Below are positions 6,201 to 7,031 of a stretch of DNA of 7,031 bases, one piece after another. Position numbers and translations under genes: made by a program. How positions within the stretch are numbered: the first letter of the stretch is position 1; the number at the start of each line of letters is the position of its first letter. The notes beneath the pieces were generated by a model. The model searched no databases. It saw only the letters and a list, made by a program, of their open reading frames with translations, and had not been told where the DNA came from. The stretch is from Zygophlyctis sp. KS116 (Eukaryota; Fungi; Chytridiomycota): contig BAAFSQ010000420.1 in NCBI GenBank assembly GCA_054661495.1, positions 1 through 7,031 on the forward strand. Reading direction: 5' to 3'.

Positions 6201-6845
6201 GCCGACTTACAACAGATGCTGGATGTTCTGACTGATAGATTTGGTTTGCGGCGGGCAAAGAAATTTGGAAACATGGTAAGTCTAATTTAAATAATTTTTA
6301 GTTCTGTAAGCAATTATAAATATTGATCTCAAGTTTTGATATGTAACATAGGTCCAGATACTGGTTCTCCTGAAAATGCAGCAAATATCGCTCATCAGCT
6401 TTTCTTTAGTTTGGATATTTATCGACAGAAAACCAAAAGAAATTTTCAAGCTAGAGTAGGCATCCATTCGGATTTTGTTCGTAGCTCAACAGAAGATATT
6501 GATGTTCATAATCAATGGTCCTTAATGTGTATGTTTAATTTTTTTAATTGTCTAGTGAATACAGCGCATAAGTTGGTAAGCTTTCATTTAATGAATAATT
6601 AGGAAATATGCAGTGAAAATATTTTGGTGTCTGATTTCTTCTATTCAATTTCAAAAGATAAATGTACATACGAGCCTTCAAAATGCATATTCGTGAGAGG
6701 GCAGGGTTCTATAAACACTTATAAATTGATAGGTGTATCAGAGTCTGTCACTGAGGACAAACATACAGTCAAGACTTATAGTGCATCAGAATCGAACGGA
6801 TTGGTGGAAGTAAAAGGACGGAAGAAAAAATGCAACATATTATAA
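3274..6845 (+). CDS. Tandem-GAF, degenerate class III adenylyl/guanylyl cyclase-like protein with polybasic CaaX tail, ~1101 aa, 11 exons: join(3274..4446,4477..4765,4792..4939,4968..5352,5377..5450,5477..5759,5784..6275,6302..6305,6334..6528,6556..6575,6603..6845)
   Basis: Ten GT-AG introns (30,26,28,24,26,24,26,28,27,27 nt) join six ORF fragments into a 3306-nt stop-free frame. GAF-A: EKDRL..IHALGILE..RLNKITYLCNRL...LSIVDLDRVIW...PRYESFC...DARTDPR...FYAGVPLVTSDGIRIGALSI. GAF-B: ILSLIRESLRATAVVL...GQPVGILIAF...ISPQDSQFLAASANAL. Cyclase: SPNEIV..QQMLDVLTDRFGLRRAKKFGN, RVGIHS, W....NTAHKLE, ILVS, IFVRGQGSINTYKL. Ends KGRKKKCNIL*. The acceptor at 5476 versus 5482 is ambiguous (both in frame). 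Confidence 0.85.
6302..6305 (+). other. 4-nt micro-exon (TTCT) between a 26-nt and a 28-nt intron
   Basis: ATG|GTAAGT..TTTTAG|TTCT|GTAAGC..TCTCAAG|TTTTG. Inclusion gives GNM-FF-LICN, aligning to cyclase GD-A-YM-VVSG. Skipping gives ATG TTT TGA. Confidence 0.8.
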
Positions 6846-7031
6846 TCTGAGACGGTTAATCAATTAATTAATAGCAGCTGCTTTTCACCAGATTTCGATA
6901 TCTGACTTTTATCATCATTCAATGTAAATTAAGCTATTATATTAATAGTTTCAAATACTTTTAAGATATGTTCCAGTCCAAAGGATGAGTGAGAACTTTA
7001 TCAATTATTTAAAAAATATAACCCAAAAAAT

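Noticed and set aside
6005-6467. Minus-strand ORFs 6005..6274 and 6282..6467
   Set aside because: Shadows of the cyclase-domain exons; no independent support.
369-6845. Fragmented ORFs read as pseudogenes, programmed frameshifts or stop-codon reassignment (TAR=Gln as in ciliates or Amoeboaphelidium)
   Set aside because: Every break coincides with a GT..AG segment of 24-33 nt. Exons contain no in-frame stops, and RPB3, MED21, the SH3 gene and the CaaX gene end at TAA exactly where expected.
6846-7031. Possible 3' end of a convergent minus-strand gene (two GT..AG segments of ~25-27 nt visible on -)
   Set aside because: All frames stop quickly and no protein similarity is recognisable. It cannot be resolved without downstream sequence.
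1-7031. Prokaryotic operon, CRISPR, tRNA/rRNA or transposon features
   Set aside because: The sequence is eukaryotic (spliceosomal introns, RPB3, MED21). No repeat arrays, TIRs/LTRs or structured RNA genes were seen.

Overview
AT-rich, very gene-dense eukaryotic genomic DNA. The fragmented ORF track is explained by 16 tiny GT-AG spliceosomal introns of 24-33 nt, resolved by hand. The proteins look fungal; an early-diverging, chytrid/Rozella-like lineage is my inference and is not verified. Left to right the window holds: (1) the 3' end of a + strand gene weakly resembling a degenerate Rab-like GTPase; (2) Mediator subunit MED21/SRB7 (-); (3) RNA polymerase II subunit RPB3 (-); (4) a Fus1-like Ser/Thr-rich single-pass membrane protein with a C-terminal SH3 domain (+); (5) an 11-exon, ~1101-aa protein (+). 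Gene 5 has a disordered N-terminus, two GAF domains, a catalytically degenerate class III nucleotidyl-cyclase domain and a polybasic CaaL prenylation tail (RKKK-CNIL). It needs a 4-nt micro-exon to stay in frame and has tandem CRE/ATF sites upstream. It is the best candidate for an undescribed signalling component. No rRNA, tRNA, CRISPR or mobile elements were seen.
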